Assembly: GCA_041690595.1 (NCBI GenBank)
Contig: JAWLHB010000039.1
Coordinates: 56,166-76,165, forward strand
Direction of reading: 5' to 3'
DNA: 20,000 nucleotides
From: Lentisphaeria bacterium
GTDB lineage: Bacteria; Verrucomicrobiota; Lentisphaeria; JABSQK01; JAWLHB01
Below are positions 8,592-17,247 of this stretch, piece after piece; within the stretch, counting starts at the first letter, position 1, and every line of letters begins with the position of its first letter. The notes below the pieces were generated by a model. It was not told the DNA's origin and searched no databases. It was given only the letters and a program-made list of their open reading frames with translations. The position numbers and the translations under genes were made by a program.

Positions 8592-9668
8592 ATGATAGCC
8601 ATGACTCCCAGAGAACGCTTTCTTGCCGCGCTGCGGCGGCAGCCGGTCGATCGGGTGCCACTCTTCGACTTCCTCTTTCAGAAGCCCCTGTACACGGAGC
8701 TTCTCGGTCGTACGCCGGATGCCTACAATGCTCAGGACGCCTTGGCGCTGACCCGGGCGCTCGGTCTCGACGGGGTCTGGATTCCCTACGGCTGCTTCTC
8801 CGGCTGGAGTCCCGAACGGCTGAGCCAGCATGTCTACAAAGATGAATGGGGCACCACCTTCGAACAGAACTTTGCCTCATGGCCCATTGACGCGCCGATC
8901 GCCTATCCATTGGCGGGGAACGCGGATCTGGATCGTTATGTGCCACCGGATCCGCTCTCCGCCGGGCGCTTGACGGATATCGACGCCGCCGTCGAGATCA
9001 ATGCATCCCTGGGTGACGATGGCGTGGCGATTCTGGGTGGGGTGGCCGGACCATTGACCCTTGCCTGGATGCTGACCGGCTACGAGAACATCTGCCTCAA
9101 GTTATATGACGATCCGGATTTCGTGCAGCGCCTGGCGGAGATGGCGGCAGAATTCGGGGTGCCGGCGATCGACCGCATGGCGGCAGCCGGGGTGGATGCG
9201 ATGATTGTCAGCGAAGATCTCGGCTCGAGTTCGGGACCGTTGCTCGGGCCGGCGCAGTACCGCAAGGTCTTCAAGCCAGCTCTGGGGGCGCTGGTGAAGC
9301 GCGCCAAAGCGCATGGATTACCCGTCGTGATGCACAGTTGCGGGCAGATCTGGGAGTTCCTGGACGATGCGGTCGAGCTTGGCATCGATGCGGTGCACGC
9401 GCTGCAGCGAACCGCGGGCATGGATCTGGCTCGTTTCAAGGAAGGGTGGGGCGATCACCTGGCCATGCTCGGCAACATCGACTCCTCACGGACGCTTCCC
9501 TACGGGAGCTGCCTGGATGTCGAGCGTGAGGTGAAGCAGGCCATAGACGTGGCGGCGCCCGGCTATGGCTATATCCTTGGCTCGGATCACTCCCTGCACG
9601 ACGGGATCTCTCTGGCCAACATCCAGTGCATGTTCGACACTGCCCGCCGCCATGGCGTCTACGCCTGA
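8592..9668 (+). CDS. Uroporphyrinogen decarboxylase / MtaA-CmuA methyltransferase superfamily protein (orphan type); alternative start 8601
   Basis: MTPRERFLAALRRQPVDRVP N-terminus, DEWG, SEDLG, MHSCG, MLGNID and GYILGSDHS motifs. GAGGAG RBS overlaps the upstream stop codon. Confidence 0.88.
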   Translation: MIAMTPRERFLAALRRQPVDRVPLFDFLFQKPLYTELLGRTPDAYNAQDALALTRALGLDGVWIPYGCFSGWSPERLSQHVYKDEWGTTFEQNFASWPIDAPIAYPLAGNADLDRYVPPDPLSAGRLTDIDAAVEINASLGDDGVAILGGVAGPLTLAWMLTGYENICLKLYDDPDFVQRLAEMAAEFGVPAIDRMAAAGVDAMIVSEDLGSSSGPLLGPAQYRKVFKPALGALVKRAKAHGLPVVMHSCGQIWEFLDDAVELGIDAVHALQRTAGMDLARFKEGWGDHLAMLGNIDSSRTLPYGSCLDVEREVKQAIDVAAPGYGYILGSDHSLHDGISLANIQCMFDTARRHGVYA

Positions 9669-9714
9669 TCCTCGATCTGCGTCACAACCCACCGCATGTG
9701 GGGAGAATTGTTGC

Positions 9715-9743
9715 TTGCAAATAGGTTATAACCATTGTAAGGT
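9715..9743 (+). promoter_or_regulatory. Sigma70-type promoter TTGCAA-N17-TAAGGT with perfect palindrome GGTTATAACC (9724-9733) in the spacer; probable GntR autoregulatory operator
   Basis: AT-rich island in GC-rich DNA directly upstream of the GntR gene. The palindrome fits the general GntR GT-Nx-AC operator form. Confidence 0.7.
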
Positions 9744-9770
9744 GTGGGAAAGCAGGAAACGAGCATCGGC

Positions 9771-10520
9771 ATGAAGATGACATCAGGCAGAGTGCAGTAC
9801 GAGGAGGTGGCGGCGCGGCTGCGCGACGAGATCCTTGGCGGCAGACATCAGCCAGGGAGCCGTCTGCCGACGGAGCGTCACTTGTGCGAGCTGCTTGGCG
9901 TATCGCGGATCACCATACGGCAGGCCTTGGCGATACTCGCCGAGGAGCGGCTGATAGAGCGCCGCCAGGGCAGCGGCACGTACGTCAGCCCACGTCCGTC
10001 GCGTCGCATTCCTCTGCGGATCGACTACACCGGCAGCATGCGGCAACATGCGCCGCGGCTGAGCAGGACTGTGGCGGTGATGGAACGGCGGGTGCCGTCA
10101 AGGGACGTAGCGCGCGAGCTGGGGCTGGAAGAGGGAGACGAGGTGCTTTACGCGGAGCGGCGGGACATGCTTGCCGATCGGGCGGTGGCGTGGGACGAAG
10201 CCTTTATTGCTCCCGGCTTTGCGCGGCGGCTGGGAGAGGAGATGTTGGGGAGGGTCGATTTCATGGAGGCCTGGATGCAGACGGAGTCGTTCAGCATGCA
10301 GAGCTGTCGGCAGGTCATCGAGGCGCGCCCGGCATCCTTGCGCGACATCTCCATGCTCGCTTTGCCCGAGGGCAGTCCGGTGCTGATCTCGACGGAGCTG
10401 TACATCATCGGCGATGGCCGGTCGGCCGGCTTGTTCATCAGTCATTACCATCCTGAGCATATCTGCATCCAGTCGCGGTACGACTGGCGTGTCGATGTGC
10501 TTGGGCAGACGGAGGCGTAG
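9771..10520 (+). CDS. GntR-family transcriptional regulator, HutC/UTRA subfamily (start 9771 or 9777)
   Basis: wHTH YEEVAARLRDEI...PGSRLPTERHLCELLGVSRITIRQALAILAEERLIERRQGSGTYV followed by a UTRA-like C-terminal domain. The ORF-track GTG at 9744 abuts the predicted -10 box, so it is unlikely to be the start. Confidence 0.93.
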   Translation: MKMTSGRVQYEEVAARLRDEILGGRHQPGSRLPTERHLCELLGVSRITIRQALAILAEERLIERRQGSGTYVSPRPSRRIPLRIDYTGSMRQHAPRLSRTVAVMERRVPSRDVARELGLEEGDEVLYAERRDMLADRAVAWDEAFIAPGFARRLGEEMLGRVDFMEAWMQTESFSMQSCRQVIEARPASLRDISMLALPEGSPVLISTELYIIGDGRSAGLFISHYHPEHICIQSRYDWRVDVLGQTEA

Positions 10521-10524
10521 GCGC

Positions 10525-11622
10525 ATGGCCGACTGCTATCTCTTTCGTGAAGAACACATTCCGCGGCGCTCGAAGTACCCGTGCATTGACGCGCACAACC
10601 ACCTGTGGGCAGCGTGGGAGACGATTGGGCAGGTTGTCAACGTGATGGATGAAGCTGGGGTGATGGCCTACTGCGATCTGACCGCCAACATCCAGATCTG
10701 GTGGGGCGATGGCGGCTACAAGATTGGTCCCGGGGACTTCAGCGCCTTCCTCGAAGCCTGCGAGAAGCCATGGCCGGGACGTTTTTTCGGCTTTACCGCC
10801 GCGACCTTTGCCGTGCCGGCGGATCAGCCTCTCTTTACGGACGCGGAAGCCTTTGTACACCAGACGATCGAGCTGCTGCACCGTCACGTGGCGCTCGGGG
10901 CGAGGGGATTGAAGATTCTCAAGGAGCTTGGAATGCGCTATCGCGATGGCGCCGGTAATCTGATCGCTGTCGACGACGAGCGCCTGACGCCGATCTGGGA
11001 AGAGTGCGGCAGACTGGGCATCCCCGTCCTCATTCACCAGTCGGATCCTTACGGCTTCTTCATGCCGCCGACCGCGGAGAACGAGCATGCAGATAGCCTG
11101 AAGAAGTACCCCGACTGGAGCTTCTGCGATACCAGTCGCTTCCCCCGCAAGGAAGAGCTTCTCGCCCGCCGTGACCGTCTCGTGCGCAACCACCCGGGCA
11201 CCACCTTTCTGCTGCCGCATGTCGCCAACTTTGCCGAAAACCTCGCCTATGTCGCCCGGCTCCTGGACGAGAATCCGAACGTCTGCATCGACTTCTCCGC
11301 CCGGATCGACGAACTGGGGCGCCAGCCTTACAGCGCCCGGGCCTTCCTCATCGCCTACCAGGATCGCGTCTGCTTCGGCACGGACATGCCGGCCTCTCCA
11401 GAGATGTACAGCTGCTATTTTCGCTTTCTGGAGACCTTCGACGAGTACTTCATTCCGCCCGACTACGATGGGACCTTCGGACGCCACCGCTGGCGGATTC
11501 ATGGCCTCGGCTTGCCGGATGAGGTCCTTAGAAAGATTTATTATGAGAACGCGCTGCGCCTGATTCCGGGGCTGCGCGAGCAGGTTGCCCACAGATTGAA
11601 CCCGACAGAAGGAGCCCTTTGA
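10525..11622 (+). CDS. Amidohydrolase_2-family metal-dependent hydrolase (possible sugar lactonase/decarboxylase), 365 aa
   Basis: IDAHNH (HxH), GARGLK, PVLIH, LPHV and RVCFGTD motifs, plus C-terminal LRKIYYENA. GGAGG RBS at 10511-10515 precedes ATG 10525. Confidence 0.9.
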   Translation: MADCYLFREEHIPRRSKYPCIDAHNHLWAAWETIGQVVNVMDEAGVMAYCDLTANIQIWWGDGGYKIGPGDFSAFLEACEKPWPGRFFGFTAATFAVPADQPLFTDAEAFVHQTIELLHRHVALGARGLKILKELGMRYRDGAGNLIAVDDERLTPIWEECGRLGIPVLIHQSDPYGFFMPPTAENEHADSLKKYPDWSFCDTSRFPRKEELLARRDRLVRNHPGTTFLLPHVANFAENLAYVARLLDENPNVCIDFSARIDELGRQPYSARAFLIAYQDRVCFGTDMPASPEMYSCYFRFLETFDEYFIPPDYDGTFGRHRWRIHGLGLPDEVLRKIYYENALRLIPGLREQVAHRLNPTEGAL

Positions 11623-11623
11623 A

Positions 11624-13006
11624 ATGATCAAGCCGAAGATTGCATTTATCGTTTACGGTGTACACAAGGATGGCCTGCAAGACCCCATGGGCAAGCCCTT
11701 CATCGATGACGAGCTGATCGGCAAGTCCAAGGCGGCCTTGCGCACGGCGGGGCTGGAGCTGGTGGAGCATGATGTGGTGATCGCCTCGAAGGCGGAAGCC
11801 CTCGAAGCTCTGGCACGTTTCCGCAGGATGGACGATATCGATGGCCTGATCCTCTTCAGTGGGACCTGGGTCTGGGCCGCGCACATGATCGGGGCGATCC
11901 GCGACTTTGCGGGGACGGGCAAGGGCATCTGCATCTGGACGCATCCGGGCTCCCAGGGATGGCGACCAGTGGGCGGTCTGGTGATGCATGCGGCACTGAA
12001 GGAAGTCGGCATCGCCCATCGCTTCGTCTATGGCGCCCACGACGACCCGATGGATCTGGAACGGATCGTCTCATGGTGCCGTGCCAGTGCCGAGAAGAAC
12101 CGACTCAACCTGAGCACCTGCGGGGCTTTCGGCGGCCGCGGCATGGGGCAGACCTGCGGCGTGGTCGATCCATCGCAGTGGATGCAGCACTTCGGCATCG
12201 ACATCGATTCGCGCGACACCACCGAGCTGCTCAAGACCGCCAGAGCTGTCTCCGATCGCGAGGTCAAGGCAGCCCGGCAGTTCATTCAGCCGTTTTTTGC
12301 CACGCCCATTCCCGAAGGCGAGACCGCCGACAAGTCCATTCGCCTCTACTGCGCGCTCAAGAAGATCGTGGCGCAGGAGCAGTGGGCCTTCTACACGATT
12401 CAGTCGTTCCCCGGCCTGGGCGACGAGTACAGCGCCACCTGCTTTGCGCAGTCGATGATGCTCAACGATCGCGTCGGCACCTCGACGCTCAGCGACTTCA
12501 ACACCGCCCTGACCGTCAAGCTGCTGAATGATCTCAGCTCCGATCCGATCTACTATGGTGATCTTCAGCATTTCGACAAGACCACCAACGAGATCAAGAT
12601 CATCGGCGATGGTGCCTGCCCCCCCTCACTGGCCGGTGCGGCCGGACCGGCAACCTTCGCGGAACATGGCATCCCCACAGAAGGCGAGGCAGGCGGCCTC
12701 TCCGTCGATCTCGTCTGCAAACCCGGCGATGGTGTCCTCGCAAGGATCGGGCGCGAATGTGGCGACCTCGAGCTGGTGGTCGCTCGCTGCACCGTCTGGG
12801 AACCTGCGCCGGACGAGCTGGCGAGGCGCCGCCTGGAATGCGGCATCCCCTTCTGGCCCCACGCCTTCATCACCGCCGACTGCGATATCGAGGAACTGAT
12901 CGAGTCCTGGAACAACGAGTATGCCTGCCTCGGCTATGGCGACCATCTCTATGAGGAACTTGTCGCCTTTGGAGAGCAGACCGGTATGGACGTGATCGCA
13001 TTGTAA
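11624..13006 (+). CDS. L-fucose/L-arabinose isomerase (FucI/AraA) superfamily protein with a non-canonical active site, 460 aa
   Basis: Similar by eye to FucI: FGGRGMG (LGGVSMG), DTTEL (DMTEL), STLSD (ATEND), YYGD (VFAD), FWPHAF (TWPTTW), WNNEYACLGYG (WGANHGVLTIG). AAGGAG RBS lies in the end of the upstream gene, and the start is 1 bp after its stop. Confidence 0.82.
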   Translation: MIKPKIAFIVYGVHKDGLQDPMGKPFIDDELIGKSKAALRTAGLELVEHDVVIASKAEALEALARFRRMDDIDGLILFSGTWVWAAHMIGAIRDFAGTGKGICIWTHPGSQGWRPVGGLVMHAALKEVGIAHRFVYGAHDDPMDLERIVSWCRASAEKNRLNLSTCGAFGGRGMGQTCGVVDPSQWMQHFGIDIDSRDTTELLKTARAVSDREVKAARQFIQPFFATPIPEGETADKSIRLYCALKKIVAQEQWAFYTIQSFPGLGDEYSATCFAQSMMLNDRVGTSTLSDFNTALTVKLLNDLSSDPIYYGDLQHFDKTTNEIKIIGDGACPPSLAGAAGPATFAEHGIPTEGEAGGLSVDLVCKPGDGVLARIGRECGDLELVVARCTVWEPAPDELARRRLECGIPFWPHAFITADCDIEELIESWNNEYACLGYGDHLYEELVAFGEQTGMDVIAL

Positions 13007-13032
13007 GCGGGTGGTAGTCGGCGTATCGAAGC

Positions 13033-13641
13033 CTATAAATCCGAAGGCATCGGGCCAAGTGGCATGATGAAATGATAATTGCCCTCGCCGCAGGTAGAAC
13101 GCAGAATCCCCAGTACCCTTGCGCTGTTATCGTTGGGACCTGCGATGAAGAAGGGCATGCCATCGTTCGGGTCACCAGTCGGGATTTCCTCTGGACATTC
13201 GGCGGCGATCTCCAGACTTCCGAAGACCGCGAGCGCTTCCCTTGCCGCGGGGGCGGGACTGAAACCGATTCCCTGGGCATAGGCAATGCTGTCGCGAACG
13301 ATCTTGACCCCAAGCAAGTACTCTGCCGGAGCCAGCCTGTCGCGGATGGAACCAACGAATTCGTCATATTCTTCGTCGGTCTTGAAACGCGCGATCTTTC
13401 CATTCTTGACGCCGAGACACGCTTGATCGACCAGAAGCAGGCAGCAGTAATACCCGCCCTTTGGCGGCTTTCTCGTCACCAGAACGTGGGTCAGGTCCAT
13501 CGTTGTCCGCCAGGTTTCCGAGATCAGGCACTCATGCAGCGGCCAGGTACTGAAGGCCTTGTACAGTCCTCCATGACCGCTCGAGTTCCCCAGCGGATTG
13601 CCTTGTGAATCCCTCTTGATGGGCTTCCCGTAACGTTTCAT
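13033..13641 (-). CDS. Conserved hypothetical protein, 202 aa
   Basis: AGGAG/GGAG RBS. LVDQACLGVKN...YAQGIGFSP...GMPFFIAGPNDN...ILRSTCGEGNYHF looks like a widespread uncharacterised family. Confidence 0.7.
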   Translation of the reverse strand: MKRYGKPIKRDSQGNPLGNSSGHGGLYKAFSTWPLHECLISETWRTTMDLTHVLVTRKPPKGGYYCCLLLVDQACLGVKNGKIARFKTDEEYDEFVGSIRDRLAPAEYLLGVKIVRDSIAYAQGIGFSPAPAAREALAVFGSLEIAAECPEEIPTGDPNDGMPFFIAGPNDNSARVLGILRSTCGEGNYHFIMPLGPMPSDL

Positions 13642-13661
13642 CGTCTCCGTTCTCCTGCTCT

Positions 13662-16600
13662 CTAATCATGTGTAAAGCTGATCGTCCGCACATGGCGCGG
13701 GACGACCAGCACCAGCTGTTTGTCCTGCCGTTCGACGGTCATCGCCGCGTCGACAGGTTGCATCGTCCAGGCAGCCGCATCGGGATGGTGGATCTCGATG
13801 CGCATGCTGCTCTGCGGCTCGACCGTACGGCGGGTGATGTTCTCCCAGTCCCGCACATTCCATACTTCGGCCTCCTCGCCGGGATCGACGTGGAGTGTCC
13901 AGCTCGCGCCGACACGCCTCAACTGCGCGGGGCCATCCGCGACAAGCGAAACCTCGCCCAGGCGCACACGTCCCGGCTCCGACAGGATCAGCGCCAGGCT
14001 GTCCTGACGGTCGAGGACAGCCCCTGCCGCCGTTTCGAAGGCAACGCCGCTGGCAACATCCTCGGCGGTGGTCGGCGTCTCCGCCAGAAGCAGAAAATCC
14101 ACCCCTGCATCATCGGCAACCCGGATGATCTTCCCGCCGTCGAGGCGGTCGAATGCCGCTGGCGTCTCCCCGTTCGGTTGCGGCACAATCGCCGTATAGT
14201 AGCTGCCCTTGCCCGGCATCTGCAGGTGAAGCAGGTCCTGGTACTCGTCCACTCTGACCGCATAGGCCGCGTACTTGCCGCCGTAACGCAGGGTATGCCG
14301 GGGCGTCTCCACCGGCGAGGCCACATAGAAGGCGAGATCGACTCCGTAGAGACCGCGTGCGGTGAACCGATCTCCGGCCAGTTCCCTCGCCGGTGACGTC
14401 TGGGTGCCGGGCAACTCGTCCAGAAAGCCTTCCCGCGAAGCAGCGTCGGTGGTATCGAGTTTGTGGGACAAGGTCCAGAAGTGCCAGCGGGTCGGTTGCT
14501 CGTTGAGGATCGAATCTCTGAGCACGAGGTAGTGTCGTCCGTCAGGGGTGTCATCCCGCAGGAAGAGCACCTGGCGTTGCCACTCCACTGGACCTTCCCC
14601 TTGACCGGCTTCCGGCCAGTCCGGCAGCTCCGGAAGCTTCCACTTGCCTCCCCACGGTTGGCCGAGCCTGTAGCGAGTGCTCGAGTACTCCGCCAGCGGC
14701 AGCCTGGCGAAACCCAGTTGTTCGGCTACCTCGCGAGTAGGACCGCGATTGTCCCCTTCCGTCTGCGTCTGTGCTTCCGGCCAGGATGCCGGTGTAACCT
14801 GATTCATCAGCCGGTGCATGCGGAAGTCTTCGGGCTGGCAGAAGGCCATCGAAACTGGCTTACCGTACGCAAACCAGGCCACAATGCTGCCCACTTCCTG
14901 CGGGCGCACCGTGCCATAGGTATCGCTGACCGCCAGGAAGTTCAGGTAATGCTCCTGAGGATGGCCAACACCGTGACGGAAGACGATCGAGACGTTGGGG
15001 AAGCGTTCCGTGCCCCAGGCCGGTGCCTGCGCGGGCAGCTCAGGGTCGCAGTAGAAGCTCTGGTAACCGCCCAGCTTCACTCCACCTATTGCATGATTGG
15101 TCTCCTGCCACATCCACTGCATCTGGGCGGCGTACGCCGGGGTGGAGTGGCGCATCGCCTGGGCAAAGACGCCAAAGTGTTGCCACGCCATGCCGGCGGT
15201 CCCGCGGCCCACCGGTGGAGTCACCCGCCGATCCATGTGGCGCGGATCGGGAGGCGTATACTGCTGGGCGAGGTATAGGCCGAGGCGTTGCAGCGCTGGC
15301 TCCTGAAAGAAGTCATGGAAGCCCGCCTGTTGTGCTGCCACGCCAAAGGTGAGGAAGTCACCTGCGCTGACTTGGGCATAATGCATGCTCTCCAACCATT
15401 CGCCATGTGGCGTGATGTAGAGATCGAACCAGTGACGAGTCATGCGCATCGCCGGCTCGATCCACGCATCGGCCATCGGGTGGTCGCGCAACAGGCACGC
15501 CACCGTTCCCAACGCCAGCGTATAGGAGACGCTCATGTTGGGATTGTACGAGCGATATCCCCGCTCGATGGACCAGGTGGCAGGATCCGCCAGCTGATAC
15601 GCCACCAGCGCCATGCGCGCCCGCAACCGGTTGCGCTCTTCCGCGGAGATCAGGTGGCTGTCGATCAGCCCGTCGTACAGCGAGGCCAGCACTTCCGTGC
15701 TCCGCATCCGGTCGAAATTCCCCAGCAGCCCCAGGTGGTGACGCAACCGCTCCACAAGCCGCACCTTGGCGGCCCACTCGTCATCATTCGTCGCCAGCCA
15801 CACCGCCAGCGCCTGAGTATCCTTGTAACTCGGAACCGGGCGAATCTCCTCACGCGCAACGCCCGCCGCGGCCTGCAGGATCTCCGGATCCGGGTCGCCC
15901 TGCCGCCGGCGGGCTTCCACCTGCTCGCCCGTCATGAAAAGCCGCGGATGCGGCTCATCGCCGGCCGGCCAGGCCAGGATCATCTCCTTGACATCGTCAA
16001 GGCGCAGCTCTTCGGGAATGACCTGCGCGCCCGCATGATAGGCGTAGCCGACCTTCTCGTCGGGAAAATGCTCACCGATGTGCACGTGGCGCTCCCCCTG
16101 CGCATGGTTGAAGCGCAGAAAGACGCTGCCATCCTCTCCTTTCTCCAGGGGCAACATCTTGTGCTGAAGTCCCGACCAGGTGCGCATGGTGCCCGGCTTC
16201 TCCGGTTTCACCCAGCGTCCCGCATGGCGCCGCCCGATCTGCAACTCCCGTTCACCGTCGATTCCCAGCCGGATCGTCGTATGGGTGGTACTCCACCACC
16301 AGTCCGCCCACGGCGTCAGCTGCGCGATCACCCCCGCCGGCTGCTCCTGCAGCGGCATCTCCGCCCATCCCCCGATCGGCGTCCCCTGCTCCACATGGAT
16401 GGGGCGCGGCGGACCATGCTCGCGATTGGCATGGTAGACCAGCGGCGGCAACCCCTCGCTGAGTTCCAGGCGAAAGCCATTCTCCGGGCGATCCTCGACA
16501 GACAGCGTCTCGATGACCATCACCCGTCCTCCCGCATGCAGCGTAAAGGTCGCCTCGGCCACCGCGCCATCCTCGTACTCGTAGCGGCAGGCAACCTGCC

Positions 16601-17201
16601 CGAATACCGGCCCCGCGCCCAACAGGCGCGCGCTATACCCCCGCACTCGGCTCTCGCCAAAGAGATCGCTGCCGCCGAACCAAGTCCCATTGCCGCGCTG
16701 CAACGCCCGCACCGGCCCCGGCACGTCAGTAGACGCAACCGGCGCCTCGTACTGCTGCGTACCCAGCAGCAGGCGCACGCCAAAACCACTTGTGCGGAAC
16801 TCGACCGCGTCCGCCAACTGTGTCACGTGCAGATCGGATGGCGGCAGTGCGCTGGGTGCGCCCTCGGTACGTCCCTGAAAGACGATCGTCCCCTCCGGCT
16901 GCAGATCCGTGACGACATGAACCCGCGCCGTCGCCAGGCTGCCATCCCCGTGATGCGTAAGCTCATGCACGGGCGCCTGAAACGCGGTGGGGTTGCCATT
17001 TGCGGTCACGGCCACCAGCTCCTTGCCCCCTCCAGCGGGAAAAGTGAGCGTGAAGGCGACGGGCTCTCGCTCCCATGTCAGCCCCAGATGCTCCCGCAGC
17101 GTGTACTCGCTCGCCCCGACCACCATCGTCAGAATGCCCGTCAGCAGAGCCGCCAGCCATTGCGCGCCCCTGCGCACTCCGCTCGTTGTAAATAAACCCA
17201 T
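13662..17201 (-). CDS. Large secreted heparinase II/III-like / polysaccharide lyase-like protein, 1179 aa
   Basis: AAGGAGG RBS and signal peptide (..WLAALLTGILTMVVGA). Helical middle region HPRLF...NPNM...GEWLESMHY resembles (alpha/alpha)-toroid lyases. The beta-rich C-terminus contains WQRQVLF...YLVLRD. Confidence 0.7.
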   Translation of the reverse strand: MGLFTTSGVRRGAQWLAALLTGILTMVVGASEYTLREHLGLTWEREPVAFTLTFPAGGGKELVAVTANGNPTAFQAPVHELTHHGDGSLATARVHVVTDLQPEGTIVFQGRTEGAPSALPPSDLHVTQLADAVEFRTSGFGVRLLLGTQQYEAPVASTDVPGPVRALQRGNGTWFGGSDLFGESRVRGYSARLLGAGPVFGQVACRYEYEDGAVAEATFTLHAGGRVMVIETLSVEDRPENGFRLELSEGLPPLVYHANREHGPPRPIHVEQGTPIGGWAEMPLQEQPAGVIAQLTPWADWWWSTTHTTIRLGIDGERELQIGRRHAGRWVKPEKPGTMRTWSGLQHKMLPLEKGEDGSVFLRFNHAQGERHVHIGEHFPDEKVGYAYHAGAQVIPEELRLDDVKEMILAWPAGDEPHPRLFMTGEQVEARRRQGDPDPEILQAAAGVAREEIRPVPSYKDTQALAVWLATNDDEWAAKVRLVERLRHHLGLLGNFDRMRSTEVLASLYDGLIDSHLISAEERNRLRARMALVAYQLADPATWSIERGYRSYNPNMSVSYTLALGTVACLLRDHPMADAWIEPAMRMTRHWFDLYITPHGEWLESMHYAQVSAGDFLTFGVAAQQAGFHDFFQEPALQRLGLYLAQQYTPPDPRHMDRRVTPPVGRGTAGMAWQHFGVFAQAMRHSTPAYAAQMQWMWQETNHAIGGVKLGGYQSFYCDPELPAQAPAWGTERFPNVSIVFRHGVGHPQEHYLNFLAVSDTYGTVRPQEVGSIVAWFAYGKPVSMAFCQPEDFRMHRLMNQVTPASWPEAQTQTEGDNRGPTREVAEQLGFARLPLAEYSSTRYRLGQPWGGKWKLPELPDWPEAGQGEGPVEWQRQVLFLRDDTPDGRHYLVLRDSILNEQPTRWHFWTLSHKLDTTDAASREGFLDELPGTQTSPARELAGDRFTARGLYGVDLAFYVASPVETPRHTLRYGGKYAAYAVRVDEYQDLLHLQMPGKGSYYTAIVPQPNGETPAAFDRLDGGKIIRVADDAGVDFLLLAETPTTAEDVASGVAFETAAGAVLDRQDSLALILSEPGRVRLGEVSLVADGPAQLRRVGASWTLHVDPGEEAEVWNVRDWENITRRTVEPQSSMRIEIHHPDAAAWTMQPVDAAMTVERQDKQLVLVVPRHVRTISFTHD

Positions 17202-17247
17202 GATGCCCCGCCTCCTTACTTATATAACTGGTTCGTCGTGCTGCCGC

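Noticed and set aside
8592..9668. Naming the UroD-family gene hemE
   Set aside because: It lacks the HemE W.MRQAGR signature, has an HxC metal motif, and sits in a carbohydrate context.
15288..17195. 635-aa plus-strand ORF (also 10438..11631 minus and 17284..18432 plus)
   Set aside because: These are antisense shadows of well-supported genes, with no RBS or domain evidence.
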